A stretch of DNA of 64,000 nucleotides. Origin: Alphaproteobacteria bacterium HGW-Alphaproteobacteria-3 (lineage in GTDB: Bacteria > Pseudomonadota > Alphaproteobacteria > Parvibaculales > Parvibaculaceae). Both the position numbers and the translations under genes were made by a program. The stretch spans positions 3,671 through 67,670 of the forward strand of contig PHEF01000007.1 in assembly GCA_002842875.1 (NCBI GenBank), read 5' to 3'. The notes below the pieces were generated by a model. That model was not told the origin of the DNA. It ran no database searches and saw only the letters and a program-made list of their open reading frames with translations. Positions 45,800 through 54,736 of this stretch are shown piece after piece; within the stretch, counting starts at the first letter, position 1; every line of letters starts with the position of its first letter.

Positions 45800-46894
45800 T
45801 CAGCGCCAGGGCTCGACCAGAATCTTCGCGTGCTTCTCGGGATTGCCGAGTTCGGCGAAGGCTTCTTTCACGCCCTCAACGCCGACCTTGCCCGTCACCA
45901 GCGGCGAGCCGTCGATCTTGCCTTCCGCGAGATGGGTCAGCGTCAGCGCGAATTCCTCCGGCGTATAGCCGAGCACGAACTGCACGTTCAGTTCCTTGTT
46001 GATGCCGAAGAATGGCTCGATGCGGTCCGGTTCCATGCAGACGCCGACCACGACCACGCGCGCGCCGCGCGGTGCCCCCTCGAAAATCTGCTGGATCACG
46101 CCCGGCACGCCGACGCATTCGAAAATGACGCCGGGCCGTATCTTCGGCCCCATGCCGAGCAACGTCATGATGTTGTCGGCGTCGTAGCCTTCGGGCGTCG
46201 CTTCCTTCGTCCAGCGCGCATAAGGCGCATCGGCCTTCGGGTCGAGCACGATATCGGCGCCCATCCGCTCGGCAAGCTTGCGCCGCGCGGGTGAGAAATC
46301 CGTCGCGATGATCGGATGCACGCCCTTGATTTTCAGGCCCGCGATCACCGCAAGGCCGACCGGTCCGCAGCCGATCACGAGCGGAATATCGTCCAGCGTC
46401 AGGTTCGCCTTCTCGACCGCGTGCCAGCCGACCGCCATCGGCTCCGTCAGCGCCGCCTGTTCCGTCGGCAACCCGTTCGGCACTTCGAGCAGCATCAGCT
46501 CGTTCAGCACCATCTGCTCGGCAAAGCCGCCCGGCACCGTGTTCGAATAGCCGACCGGATCGACCTTCGCCTTGTCGCCGTTCATGGTGATCGCCAGCGG
46601 CATGGAGCAGACGCGCGTACCCGCTTTCAGCTTCTTTTCCGTGCCCGGCCCGTGGTCCAGCACTTCCGCGCAGAATTCGTGCCCGAACACGATGTCCTTC
46701 TTCGTGTCCATGCCGAAGCTCGAACCCGAGCGCTTCGCCGCATCCACCATCTTGTCGGCATGATGGAAGGCGTGCAGGTCGGAGCCGCAAATACCGCAGG
46801 CCAGCGTCTTCACCAGCACCTGTCCCCCTTGGGGCACCGGCTCCGGCATCTCGTCGGCCACAAGATCGCCGTTGCGGAAAATGGCTGCGCGCAT
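45800..46894 (-). CDS. Zinc-dependent alcohol dehydrogenase (MDR family)
   Basis: CGICGSDLH zinc motif, GHEF, and a GCGPVGL Rossmann motif. Confidence 0.88.
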   Translation of the reverse strand: MRAAIFRNGDLVADEMPEPVPQGGQVLVKTLACGICGSDLHAFHHADKMVDAAKRSGSSFGMDTKKDIVFGHEFCAEVLDHGPGTEKKLKAGTRVCSMPLAITMNGDKAKVDPVGYSNTVPGGFAEQMVLNELMLLEVPNGLPTEQAALTEPMAVGWHAVEKANLTLDDIPLVIGCGPVGLAVIAGLKIKGVHPIIATDFSPARRKLAERMGADIVLDPKADAPYARWTKEATPEGYDADNIMTLLGMGPKIRPGVIFECVGVPGVIQQIFEGAPRGARVVVVGVCMEPDRIEPFFGINKELNVQFVLGYTPEEFALTLTHLAEGKIDGSPLVTGKVGVEGVKEAFAELGNPEKHAKILVEPWR

Positions 46895-46949
46895 GGTTCG
46901 TCCTCCCGGGATTTTTTGTTGGCGATATGCAAGCAGGCGCGGCGTTCCC

Positions 46950-46984
46950 GCGCAAGAAAATAAGTAGACCGAGGTCTACTTATT
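46950..46984 (-). terminator. Intrinsic terminator of the SemiSWEET gene
   Basis: Perfect 11-bp inverted repeat AAUAAGUAGAC-CUCG-GUCUACUUAUU followed by UUUCUU on the minus strand. The stop codon lies in the 5' arm. Confidence 0.6.
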
Positions 46985-47254
46985 CTCGCTCTCGCGCCGC
47001 CGCGCCGCCCGTGTATTCGCGAGCACGATCAGAAAGATCGGCAACGCCAGCAGCAGCGTGATGGCATTGGCGCCGATCAGCGCCATGTCGCGCTGATGGA
47101 TGCCATGCAGCAGCCAGAGAAAAATGCCGACGGTAAGACAGGCATACATGGCAAGCGAAAGGCCCGCCGTGTCCCTTGTCTTGATGGTCTTCAGCGCCTG
47201 CGGCAGGAAGGCGAAAGTCGTGAGGAAGGCCGCGACATAACCGATAAGGCTCAT
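46976..47254 (-). CDS. SemiSWEET / PQ-loop family small transporter
   Basis: 92 aa from MSLIGYVAAFLTTFAFLPQALKTIKT (PQ motif), with three TM helices. Confidence 0.75.
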   Translation of the reverse strand: MSLIGYVAAFLTTFAFLPQALKTIKTRDTAGLSLAMYACLTVGIFLWLLHGIHQRDMALIGANAITLLLALPIFLIVLANTRAARRRESENK

Positions 47255-47399
47255 GGAGCACCGGAAAAGGAGAACGGACGCCGCGCATATGACGCTTCGC
47301 CCCATCGATTGGCAAGAGCCTCAGGCACTGCCTCTCTTCCCACCCGCCCCTGGGGGCGGGTCAAACGGCCCGTCGTCGCAGCTTGTCTGCAAAGGCAGA

Positions 47400-47549
47400 C
47401 TATCGCAGGCCGTTTGGGGCGGGGGCGCTCACTGAACCGGCACGAATTCCGGCATCGCGAAACAGTGCGCCGACGGACGCAAACTTCGTTCCCTTGCCGA
47501 GCTCCAACTCCCGGATGGCCTTTTCGGTCGCTTTGTTGGGAATCTTCAT
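47400..47549 (-). CDS. Mini-ORF resembling the C-terminal toxin-binding segment of DinJ/RelB-family antitoxins
   Basis: 49 aa MKIPNKATEKAIRELELGKGTKFASVGALFRDAGI... Its ATG overlaps the acyl-CoA dehydrogenase stop (ATGA). It resembles the E. coli DinJ tail PNQLTIQSIKNSEAG...DDLFDKLGI, recalled from memory. Confidence 0.3.
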   Translation of the reverse strand: MKIPNKATEKAIRELELGKGTKFASVGALFRDAGIRAGSVSAPAPNGLR

Positions 47550-48637
47550 GCCGCCCAGCCCTGCATGACCGCCGCCTCGTGGCGCACGCGTTCCGGCGAG
47601 CCGAGCAACTGCCGGTCGAGCCCGATCCGCTTGAACCAGTAGTGAAGGCCGACAAGATCGGTAAAGCCCATGCCGCCATGCACCTCCGTCGCGGTGCGCG
47701 CGACGAAGCGGCCGACATCGCCCGTCATGCCCTTGGCATGCGCGGCCATCAGGCTCGCCTCCTCCGGCATCGCGTCGAAAGCATGCGCCGCATACCAGAC
47801 GAGCGACCGGCAGGGCTCGAGTTCCGATGCCATTTCCGCGCACATATGCTTCACCGCCTGGAAGGAGCCGATGACGCGGCCGAACTGCTTGCGTTCGCCC
47901 GCATAGGCCACCGCCTTCTCGATCATCATCCATCCCGCGCCCAGCGTGTCGGCGGCGAGCATCACCCGCCCCGCATCCACAACCCGGCGAAGTGTGGCCG
48001 CTGCATCGCCAGACGAAAGCGCCTCCGCCTCGACATTGTCGAACTGAAGCTCGCTGAGCCCCCTCGTGAGGTCGATGGAGGTGAGCCTCACCTTGGTGAG
48101 CCCCTTCGCGTCGCCCTTCACGAGATGAAGCTCGCCCGCCTTGCCTGCCACGACGATGACGTCGGCCGCTTCGGCCTCAAGTGCAAAGAGCGACTTGCCA
48201 TTGAGCTTGCCCCCGGATGCCGTCACGCTCGCATCTTCGCGCGCGCCCGACGCCGCCTCCGCGATGGCAACGCCCGCCTTCGCTTCGCCGCTCGCGATCT
48301 TCGGCAGCCAGGTCTCCCGCTGCGCCTTGGACCCCGCGCCCGCAATCGCGATGGGCGCCATGACCGCCGTCGCCGCAAAACCCGCAGGCGTCACATAGCG
48401 CCCGAGCATCTCGGCAACGAGCGCCGCGTCGAGCAGCGTCATCCCCATACCGCCTTGCGCCTCCGGCACCATCATGCCGTAAACGCCGAGTTCGGCGAGC
48501 GCGTGAGCGATATCCGCCGCGTCCGTTTCGCCCTTGTCTGCCGCCGTGCGCACGCGTTCCAGCGGCGACACGCGCTCCAGCGTTCCCCGCACACTTTCCT
48601 GAAGCAGCTTCTGGTCTTCCGACAATCCGAATTCCAT
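47546..48637 (-). CDS. Acyl-CoA dehydrogenase family protein
   Basis: 363 aa with the ACAD three-domain pattern and EVHGGMGFT near the C-terminus. Confidence 0.85.
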   Translation of the reverse strand: MEFGLSEDQKLLQESVRGTLERVSPLERVRTAADKGETDAADIAHALAELGVYGMMVPEAQGGMGMTLLDAALVAEMLGRYVTPAGFAATAVMAPIAIAGAGSKAQRETWLPKIASGEAKAGVAIAEAASGAREDASVTASGGKLNGKSLFALEAEAADVIVVAGKAGELHLVKGDAKGLTKVRLTSIDLTRGLSELQFDNVEAEALSSGDAAATLRRVVDAGRVMLAADTLGAGWMMIEKAVAYAGERKQFGRVIGSFQAVKHMCAEMASELEPCRSLVWYAAHAFDAMPEEASLMAAHAKGMTGDVGRFVARTATEVHGGMGFTDLVGLHYWFKRIGLDRQLLGSPERVRHEAAVMQGWAA

Positions 48638-48649
48638 GTTCCCGCTCCC

Positions 48650-49843
48650 TCAAGCCTTCGCCGGTTTCGGTTCGCGCGGCATGCCGAGCCCGCGCTCCGA
48701 AATGATGTTCTTCTGAATTTGCGCCGTACCGCCCCCGATGATGAGGCCGAGGTCGAACATGTAGCGGTGCTGCCAGCTCCCATGCGCGCGCAGATGCGGG
48801 CTGTCGCCGTAAAGCACGCCGATTTCGCCGAGCGCATCGATGGCGAGCGCGGCAAGCTGATGATTGATCTCGCAGCCCTGCAATTTCACGATCAGCCGCG
48901 CAATGCCCGGATCTTCCTTTTTCAGCGACGCGGTGAGCAGCCTGAGCCCGTGGAACTGCATGGCGAGCACGCGTGCCTGCAACTGCATCAGCCGGTCGCG
49001 ATAGACCGGGTGGTCGATCAGCCGCACGCCGTCCACCGTCTCCTCATGCATGAGATCGGCGATTTCCTTCAGCCGCGTGCCCGCCTGGTTCGGATCGCCG
49101 AGCATGCCGCGCTCGTGCTTGAGCGTCGCATTGGCCACGAACCAGCCCTGCCCGCGTCCGGCAACGATGTCCTTCTGCGGCACGCGCACATCGGTGAAGA
49201 AGACTTCGTTGAACTCGGCATGCCCCGTCATCGTCTTCAGGGGACGCACCTCGATCCCCGGCGTCGTCATCGGGAAGATGAGATAGGAAATGCCCTCATG
49301 CTTCTTCGCGTCGGGCTCCGTGCGCACAAGGCAGAAGATCATGTCGGCGGCATGCGCCGTCGAGGTCCATATTTTCTGGCCGTTGATGATGAAGTCGTCG
49401 CCGTCCTCGGTCGCCTTCGTTTGCAACGAGGCAAGGTCCGAGCCCGAGCCCGGCTCCGAATAGCCCTGGCACCAGACGACCTCGCCCTTGAGCGTCGGCT
49501 CGATCCACTTCTTCTTCTGTTCTTCCGTGCCGAGTTCGAGAAGCGTCGGCACCAGCATTGAAATGCCCTGGTTCGCGATCCCCATGGGCAGCTTCGCGGC
49601 GGTGAATTCTTCCGCGATGATGCGCGACTTCAGAATGTCGGGCTCCGCGCCATAGCCGCCATATGCCTTCGGGATCGTCCGCGCCGTCAGCCCGTGCGCG
49701 ATCAGCAGCCGCTGCCAGGCGATCGATTCCTCCGACGGCCGCGACACGCCGAAACGCTTCGGCGCCTTGTTCCCGTTCTCTCGAATGAAGTCGCGCACCT
49801 CGGCGCGGAAAGCGTCGTATTCGGGCCCGTAAGCGAGATCCAT
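48650..49843 (-). CDS. Acyl-CoA dehydrogenase family protein
   Basis: Start MDLAYGPEYDAFRAEV. WCQGYSEPGSGSD motif. The C-terminal IIGGGTAQIQKNIIS has Gly where many ACADs have the catalytic Glu of YEGT. Confidence 0.85.
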   Translation of the reverse strand: MDLAYGPEYDAFRAEVRDFIRENGNKAPKRFGVSRPSEESIAWQRLLIAHGLTARTIPKAYGGYGAEPDILKSRIIAEEFTAAKLPMGIANQGISMLVPTLLELGTEEQKKKWIEPTLKGEVVWCQGYSEPGSGSDLASLQTKATEDGDDFIINGQKIWTSTAHAADMIFCLVRTEPDAKKHEGISYLIFPMTTPGIEVRPLKTMTGHAEFNEVFFTDVRVPQKDIVAGRGQGWFVANATLKHERGMLGDPNQAGTRLKEIADLMHEETVDGVRLIDHPVYRDRLMQLQARVLAMQFHGLRLLTASLKKEDPGIARLIVKLQGCEINHQLAALAIDALGEIGVLYGDSPHLRAHGSWQHRYMFDLGLIIGGGTAQIQKNIISERGLGMPREPKPAKA

Positions 49844-50000
49844 TGCCGTCTCCCGTCGGCGCGGCATTGTGAGCCGCACTCTGTTCTGAGTTATCTGGCG
49901 GGAAGTTTAGCGTCCCTAACGATTTCGTAAAGCAGCGCCGCGCGGGAAACAAAATCGGCCGCGCGACCTTGCGTAAAATCGGGATGGGATTCCGGAAAAG

Positions 50001-52199
50001 TCAGGCGGCCGTGCCCGCTGCCTTCGCCTCGCCACGCAGGCCCCCTGCCGGCGAATTGCGCAGGAAGACCTCGAATTCGGCCGCGGGCATCGGGCGTCCG
50101 GCGAAATATCCCTGCACCTCGTCGCAGCCAAGCGCCTCCAGGCGTTCGTACTGGTCGGCCGTCTCGACACCCTCCGCCACCACCTTCATACCGAGCGCAT
50201 GCGCAAGATCGATGATGACCTTGGGGATCACATGCCCGTCGCGCCGGTCGGCAACATCGTGAACGAAGCTGCGGTCGATCTTGAGCCGCTTTACCGGGAA
50301 GCGCTTGAGATAGGCGAGCGAGGAATAACCCGTACCGAAATCGTCGATGCCGATGCCGACGCCGAGCCCGCGCAGACGGCGCAGCGTGCCGATCACCACA
50401 TCGACATCCTGCATCACCATGCTTTCGGTGACTTCCAGCTCGAGATATTGCGGCGAGAGACCGTTCCGGATCAACGTATTCGCAATCGTGTCGGTCAGAT
50501 CCGTGCGCCTGAGGTCGATGGCGGATACGTTCACCGCCACGCTGATCTTCTTCAGCCCCTGCTCCTGCCATTCCCGGTTCTGCCGGCAGGCTTCGTTCAG
50601 CACCCATTTCGTCAGCGGCACGACAAGCCCGCTCCGCTCCGCGACGGGAATGAAGAGCGAAGGCGGCACATAGCCGCGCTCCTCGTGGCGCCAGCGGATA
50701 AGCGCTTCCGCACCGACCACGCGCCCGCTCGTAATGTCGATCTTCGGCTGATAGAAAAGCGTGAGCTGGTCCTTCGCGAGCGCCGCGCGCAGATCGCGTT
50801 CGATCGTGTTGCGCTCGATCGCGCGCAGATGAAGCTCGTGCCTGTAAAGCACGCAGGCCCCCGCGCCTTCGAGCTTTGCGCGCGACAGTGCCAGGTCGGC
50901 ATTCTTGATCAGCACATCGGCATCGCGCCCGTCCTGCGGGTAAAGGGTCAATCCGACGCAAGCCGCCTGCTGCACCTCCTGCGCCCCGAGCCGGAGAGGC
51001 GCGCCAACGGCACGCACGAGACGGCTTGCAAGCTGCAGCGCATCGTCCGCGTTCTTGATGCCGGGCATGATGACGCCGAACTCGTCGCCGCCGATGCGCG
51101 CAACCGTATCGCCCTCGCGCGCGCAGCCGCGCAGGATTTCCGCCGTGCGCTGCAACAGCTTGTCGCCCGCATCGTGTCCCAGCGTGTCGTTCACATCCTT
51201 GAAATTGTCGAGATTGAGGATCATCACCCCGACATTGCGCGCCCCGGCATTGTGCCCATTCAGCCTTTCGCCCGCTCCGACATCGGCTGCAAGCTGCGCC
51301 TTGAAATGCCCCCGGTTGCCGAGCCCGGTAAGCCCGTCCGTCGCGGCAAGCACAACGAGCCGCGCCTCGCCGTCCGACTTTGCCCGGAAAGAGTCGGAGA
51401 GAGCGCGGGCGATGATGCCGATTTCGTCGTCCGGTCCCGCCGCTTCCGCCTTGCCCTCGCCGCCTGTCTCGGCATAGCGCTTGAGCGCCTCGATGGGCGC
51501 GACGACGACGCGGTGAACGAGCAGCGACAACGACAGGATCGCCAGGATGACCGCAATGACGAGCCAGGTCATCAGGTGCCATGCATCCGCCACGGTCTGC
51601 GAGGCAAGCAGGTCCGTATCGACGCGGATGAGAACGGTCGCAATCCGGTTCATGCGCGGGAAGTCGACGGCGAGCGCGTAGTCGCCGGGATATCGGCCAT
51701 AGCCGCCGAGCCGTCTCTGCTGCGCGACCGCCTGCGTTTTGCCGGGTTCGAGGTCGTCCTCGATCTCGACCGGTTTGCCCTTCCATGAGGGAAGCGAGGA
51801 CAGCACGATCAGCCCATCGGCGTCCGCAACCGCCGCGCCCTTGACCGCCTTCGCGCCCGCCACTGCCTGGATCACCGGCTCGATGTCGGCAAACGTCTCC
51901 GCATTCCGCGCGGCATAGGCGACGGCATCGCCCACACCCGCCGCGCGCGACCATGCCCTGAGCTCGAGGCTTGTGCGGAAATCGTAGAGCGTATAGGCGC
52001 CGCTCAGCACGAGCATGACAGCGCCGATCAGCGTGAGCAGGCTCACCACCTTGGCGCGAACGGAAACGAAATGGTCCGAGATTTTCGCGCGCAACAAGGC
52101 GGGCGCCGCCCGCAGTCTCGCGGATGGCGGCAACGCACCTGCATCTTGACGGGAAACCGGTCTGGGTTCGGCTCCCTCTCCCGTGCCTCGCTCGGCCAC
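50001..52199 (-). CDS. Membrane sensor diguanylate cyclase/phosphodiesterase (periplasmic domain-HAMP-GGDEF-EAL)
   Basis: Two TM segments flank a periplasmic region of about 160 aa. It has an intact GGDEF (RIGGDEFGV) and an EAL (EALIRW ... DDFGTGYSSL). GTG start. Confidence 0.9.
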   Translation of the reverse strand: MAERGTGEGAEPRPVSRQDAGALPPSARLRAAPALLRAKISDHFVSVRAKVVSLLTLIGAVMLVLSGAYTLYDFRTSLELRAWSRAAGVGDAVAYAARNAETFADIEPVIQAVAGAKAVKGAAVADADGLIVLSSLPSWKGKPVEIEDDLEPGKTQAVAQQRRLGGYGRYPGDYALAVDFPRMNRIATVLIRVDTDLLASQTVADAWHLMTWLVIAVILAILSLSLLVHRVVVAPIEALKRYAETGGEGKAEAAGPDDEIGIIARALSDSFRAKSDGEARLVVLAATDGLTGLGNRGHFKAQLAADVGAGERLNGHNAGARNVGVMILNLDNFKDVNDTLGHDAGDKLLQRTAEILRGCAREGDTVARIGGDEFGVIMPGIKNADDALQLASRLVRAVGAPLRLGAQEVQQAACVGLTLYPQDGRDADVLIKNADLALSRAKLEGAGACVLYRHELHLRAIERNTIERDLRAALAKDQLTLFYQPKIDITSGRVVGAEALIRWRHEERGYVPPSLFIPVAERSGLVVPLTKWVLNEACRQNREWQEQGLKKISVAVNVSAIDLRRTDLTDTIANTLIRNGLSPQYLELEVTESMVMQDVDVVIGTLRRLRGLGVGIGIDDFGTGYSSLAYLKRFPVKRLKIDRSFVHDVADRRDGHVIPKVIIDLAHALGMKVVAEGVETADQYERLEALGCDEVQGYFAGRPMPAAEFEVFLRNSPAGGLRGEAKAAGTAA

Positions 52200-52284
52200 T
52201 TCTGTCCTTCCGCGTCGGGAAACCGGACAAGCCGGTTGTTGCGTGAACTCAGCCGTTTATAATGGGAAGGGCCCTAAAATTGAG

Positions 52285-53097
52285 TTACGCCGGCGGAAGC
52301 TGTGCGCCTTGATTGTCCCGAAACGGCACGATTGTCACCGGACTTGCCGGTGCGGCCGGGCGCGCGGCCAGCCGCAGGCCCTTCCGCCAGAGCCGGAACG
52401 CTTCGACATGGATGCCCGCGATCACTTTCAGCGTCATCAGCGGATAGCGGAAGAAGACACTGAGAAGCGCCGCATCGCCGAAAGACACCGCCTTGCCCGA
52501 GAAGGAGGCCGTGAGCAGCGCCCCCTCGCCGTCGCTTTCGCGGATCGTCATGGCGAACCGCTTTCCCGGCCTGAGCAGTTTGAACCGGTAGCGCCCGCCA
52601 ACGGGAATGAAAGGCGAGACATAGAAAGCCTTGTCGCATTCCTGGGTCAGCGTCTCCGCTTCCCCATCCTCGACCGGAATGAGATAGCTGTGCCGGTCGC
52701 CGAACGTATTGTTGACCTCGTAGAGCATGGCCGCGAGCGATCCGTCCGCGCGATAGCAGAAATAGAGCGTCAGCGGATTGAAGGCATAGCCGAGGATGCG
52801 CGGAAAGCTGAGCGCGAGAATGCGCCCGCCGCCGGTGTCGATCCCGGCCCGCAAAAGTTGTGCTTCCACCCATTGCCGCACCGGCCGCCCCGAGCCGTCG
52901 CCATGGTCGCGGTCGTGAAAGCTGAAAAGCGAAAACCGGTTATGCGCGAACAGCCGGCTACGCCGCGCAAGGCCGGACAATTCGTCCAGATCGAGCAGCA
53001 TGTAGAAGACGCGGTAGGAAAGCTCGTGCGCGCGCGGGCGAAGGCGCTTGTGGAACACCACGCCCTCATAGAGCCGCGATTGCATTTCTCCGCTCAC
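52285..53097 (-). CDS. DUF1365 family protein
   Basis: LYEGVVFHKRLRPRAHELSYRVFYMLLDLDEL is characteristic. Its start overlaps the upstream stop (ATGA-type coupling). Confidence 0.85.
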   Translation of the reverse strand: MSGEMQSRLYEGVVFHKRLRPRAHELSYRVFYMLLDLDELSGLARRSRLFAHNRFSLFSFHDRDHGDGSGRPVRQWVEAQLLRAGIDTGGGRILALSFPRILGYAFNPLTLYFCYRADGSLAAMLYEVNNTFGDRHSYLIPVEDGEAETLTQECDKAFYVSPFIPVGGRYRFKLLRPGKRFAMTIRESDGEGALLTASFSGKAVSFGDAALLSVFFRYPLMTLKVIAGIHVEAFRLWRKGLRLAARPAAPASPVTIVPFRDNQGAQLPPA

Positions 53098-54470
53098 GCC
53101 GCTTCCCTCGCCTGTCGCGCGAGATGGATGCGCCCGGACGCATTCTCGACCGTCCAGGGCCGCCGTACCCCGCCCAGTTCCTCGGCCACCGCAAGTCCCG
53201 CCTGCAATCCGTCCTCATGAAAGCCGGAGCCGAAATAGGCGCCGCAGAACCATGTCCGCCGCCTGCCCTGAAGCTGCCAGAGCGCGCGCTGCGCGGCAAA
53301 GGCGCCCGCATCGAAGATCGGATGATCGTAGTCGATCCGCGTCACGACGGTTCCCGGCGCGGGCTCATGCGAGGGATTGAGTGTAACGAAAAGTTGCCGC
53401 TCCGTCGGCAGAGCCTGCAGCCGGTTCATCCAGTAGCTCACGCAGACCGGGCTTCCCGCACCGCCGCCCATGTAATTCCAGCTTGCCCAGACGCGCCGCT
53501 CGCGCGGCATGAAGCTCGCATCGGAATGCAGCCAGGCGACATTGCGCTGATAGGGCATCGCGCCGAGAATATTCGTTTCTTCCGGACCGGCATCGCCGAG
53601 CATCGCCAATGCCTCGTCGCTATGCGAGGCGATGACGATGTGATCGTAGCGCTCGCTCTCGCCGCGCTCGTCCCTCACCGTAACGCCCGCCGCATCGCGC
53701 TCGACACGGGCAATGCCGGCGCCATAACGGATGCGCCCCTCGAGCGTTTGCGTGAGTTTCTTCACATATTCGCGCGAGCCGCCCGTCACCGTCCGCCAGG
53801 CCGGCCGGTTCTTCAGGCGCATCAGCCCGTGATTGTCGAAGAAGCGCAGAAAGGCGAGCGCCGGAAACCGCTCAACCTGTTCGACCGGGAGCGACCAGAT
53901 CGCCGCACACATCGGCAACAGGTGATCGTCGCGCAGGCTCGCCGAATAACCCTGCTCGCGCAGGAAGTCGCCGAGCGGCTTCTCGTCGAGCCCCTCCGCG
54001 AACATGAGCGCAGGTGCCGCGCGATAGAGCTTCACGATGTCGCCGATCATCCGCCACATGCGAAGGGAAGCGATGTTGCGCCGGTCCGCGAACAATCCGT
54101 TGAGCCCGGAGCCCGAATATTCGAAGCGCCGCCGCCCGCCCGTATCGAGCGATGCCGCGAACGACATGTTGCTTTCCTGCGTCGCGACGCCGAGATGTGC
54201 GAACATCGCGGTGAGGTTCGGGTAGTTCGCTTCATTGTAGACGATGAAGCCGGTATCGACCGGCACCTCGCCCTCCGGACAATTGGCGACGACCGTGTTC
54301 GAATGTCCGCCCGGCCGCGCGGCTTTCTCGTAGACCGTGACGTCATGGCGCGAGGAGAGAAGCCATGCGGCGGCAAGACCCGAAATGCCGGTTCCCGCGA
54401 CGGCGATCCTGAGCCTTGGGCGGGAGCGCCGCTCGATGGGGACAGCGGCGCGATCGTCGAAGGGAGCCAT
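53094..54470 (-). CDS. NAD(P)/FAD-dependent oxidoreductase (amine-oxidase-like, COG2907 type)
   Basis: Start MAPFDDRAAV at 54470. Dinucleotide fold RIAVAGTGISGLAAAWLLS ... YEKAARPGGH. The track ORF start at 54671 would overrun the promoter region. Confidence 0.85.
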   Translation of the reverse strand: MAPFDDRAAVPIERRSRPRLRIAVAGTGISGLAAAWLLSSRHDVTVYEKAARPGGHSNTVVANCPEGEVPVDTGFIVYNEANYPNLTAMFAHLGVATQESNMSFAASLDTGGRRRFEYSGSGLNGLFADRRNIASLRMWRMIGDIVKLYRAAPALMFAEGLDEKPLGDFLREQGYSASLRDDHLLPMCAAIWSLPVEQVERFPALAFLRFFDNHGLMRLKNRPAWRTVTGGSREYVKKLTQTLEGRIRYGAGIARVERDAAGVTVRDERGESERYDHIVIASHSDEALAMLGDAGPEETNILGAMPYQRNVAWLHSDASFMPRERRVWASWNYMGGGAGSPVCVSYWMNRLQALPTERQLFVTLNPSHEPAPGTVVTRIDYDHPIFDAGAFAAQRALWQLQGRRRTWFCGAYFGSGFHEDGLQAGLAVAEELGGVRRPWTVENASGRIHLARQAREAA

Positions 54471-54509
54471 GAATGAAGCCTCTGGGGAATGGACGCGAAC
54501 TGCCTTGCC

Positions 54510-54535
54510 TACGCGGCGCTCACGGTCGCGGATCA
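54510..54535 (-). promoter_or_regulatory. Putative RpoE(ECF11)-type promoter for the oxidoreductase/DUF1365 operon
   Basis: The minus strand reads TGATCC-gcgaccgtgagcgccg-CGTA (16-nt spacer), about 40 nt upstream of the ATG at 54470. Confidence 0.6.
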
Positions 54536-54618
54536 CATGGCGGCCGCAAGGCCCGGCCCGCATTGCTTTCGCCGAAGCGCTTTTCTCCCTAGACTCGCCT
54601 CCAAGGCCGATTCCCGTG

Positions 54619-54644
54619 TGATCCGCACCGGCGCAGGGCGCGTA
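54619..54644 (+). promoter_or_regulatory. Putative autoregulated RpoE(ECF11)-type promoter for rpoE-chrR
   Basis: The plus strand reads TGATCC-gcaccggcgcagggcg-CGTA (16-nt spacer), upstream of the sigma-factor gene. Confidence 0.6.
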
Positions 54645-54736
54645 TGCCCGATATGCCGATGCAAACCGCACTCGAGATCAGACCGGCCCAGGCCGTCCGC
54701 CAGAAGTGGCGGCCGCATTTGAGAAAGCTGGGCCCG

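Noticed and set aside
54644-54736. ATG at 54644 (or 54653/54659) as the start of the ECF sigma factor.
   Set aside because: The ATG at 54644 overlaps the predicted -10 CGTA element, so it would not be on the transcript. The conserved sigma region 2 begins well after the Met at 54737. This remains uncertain without 5' mapping.
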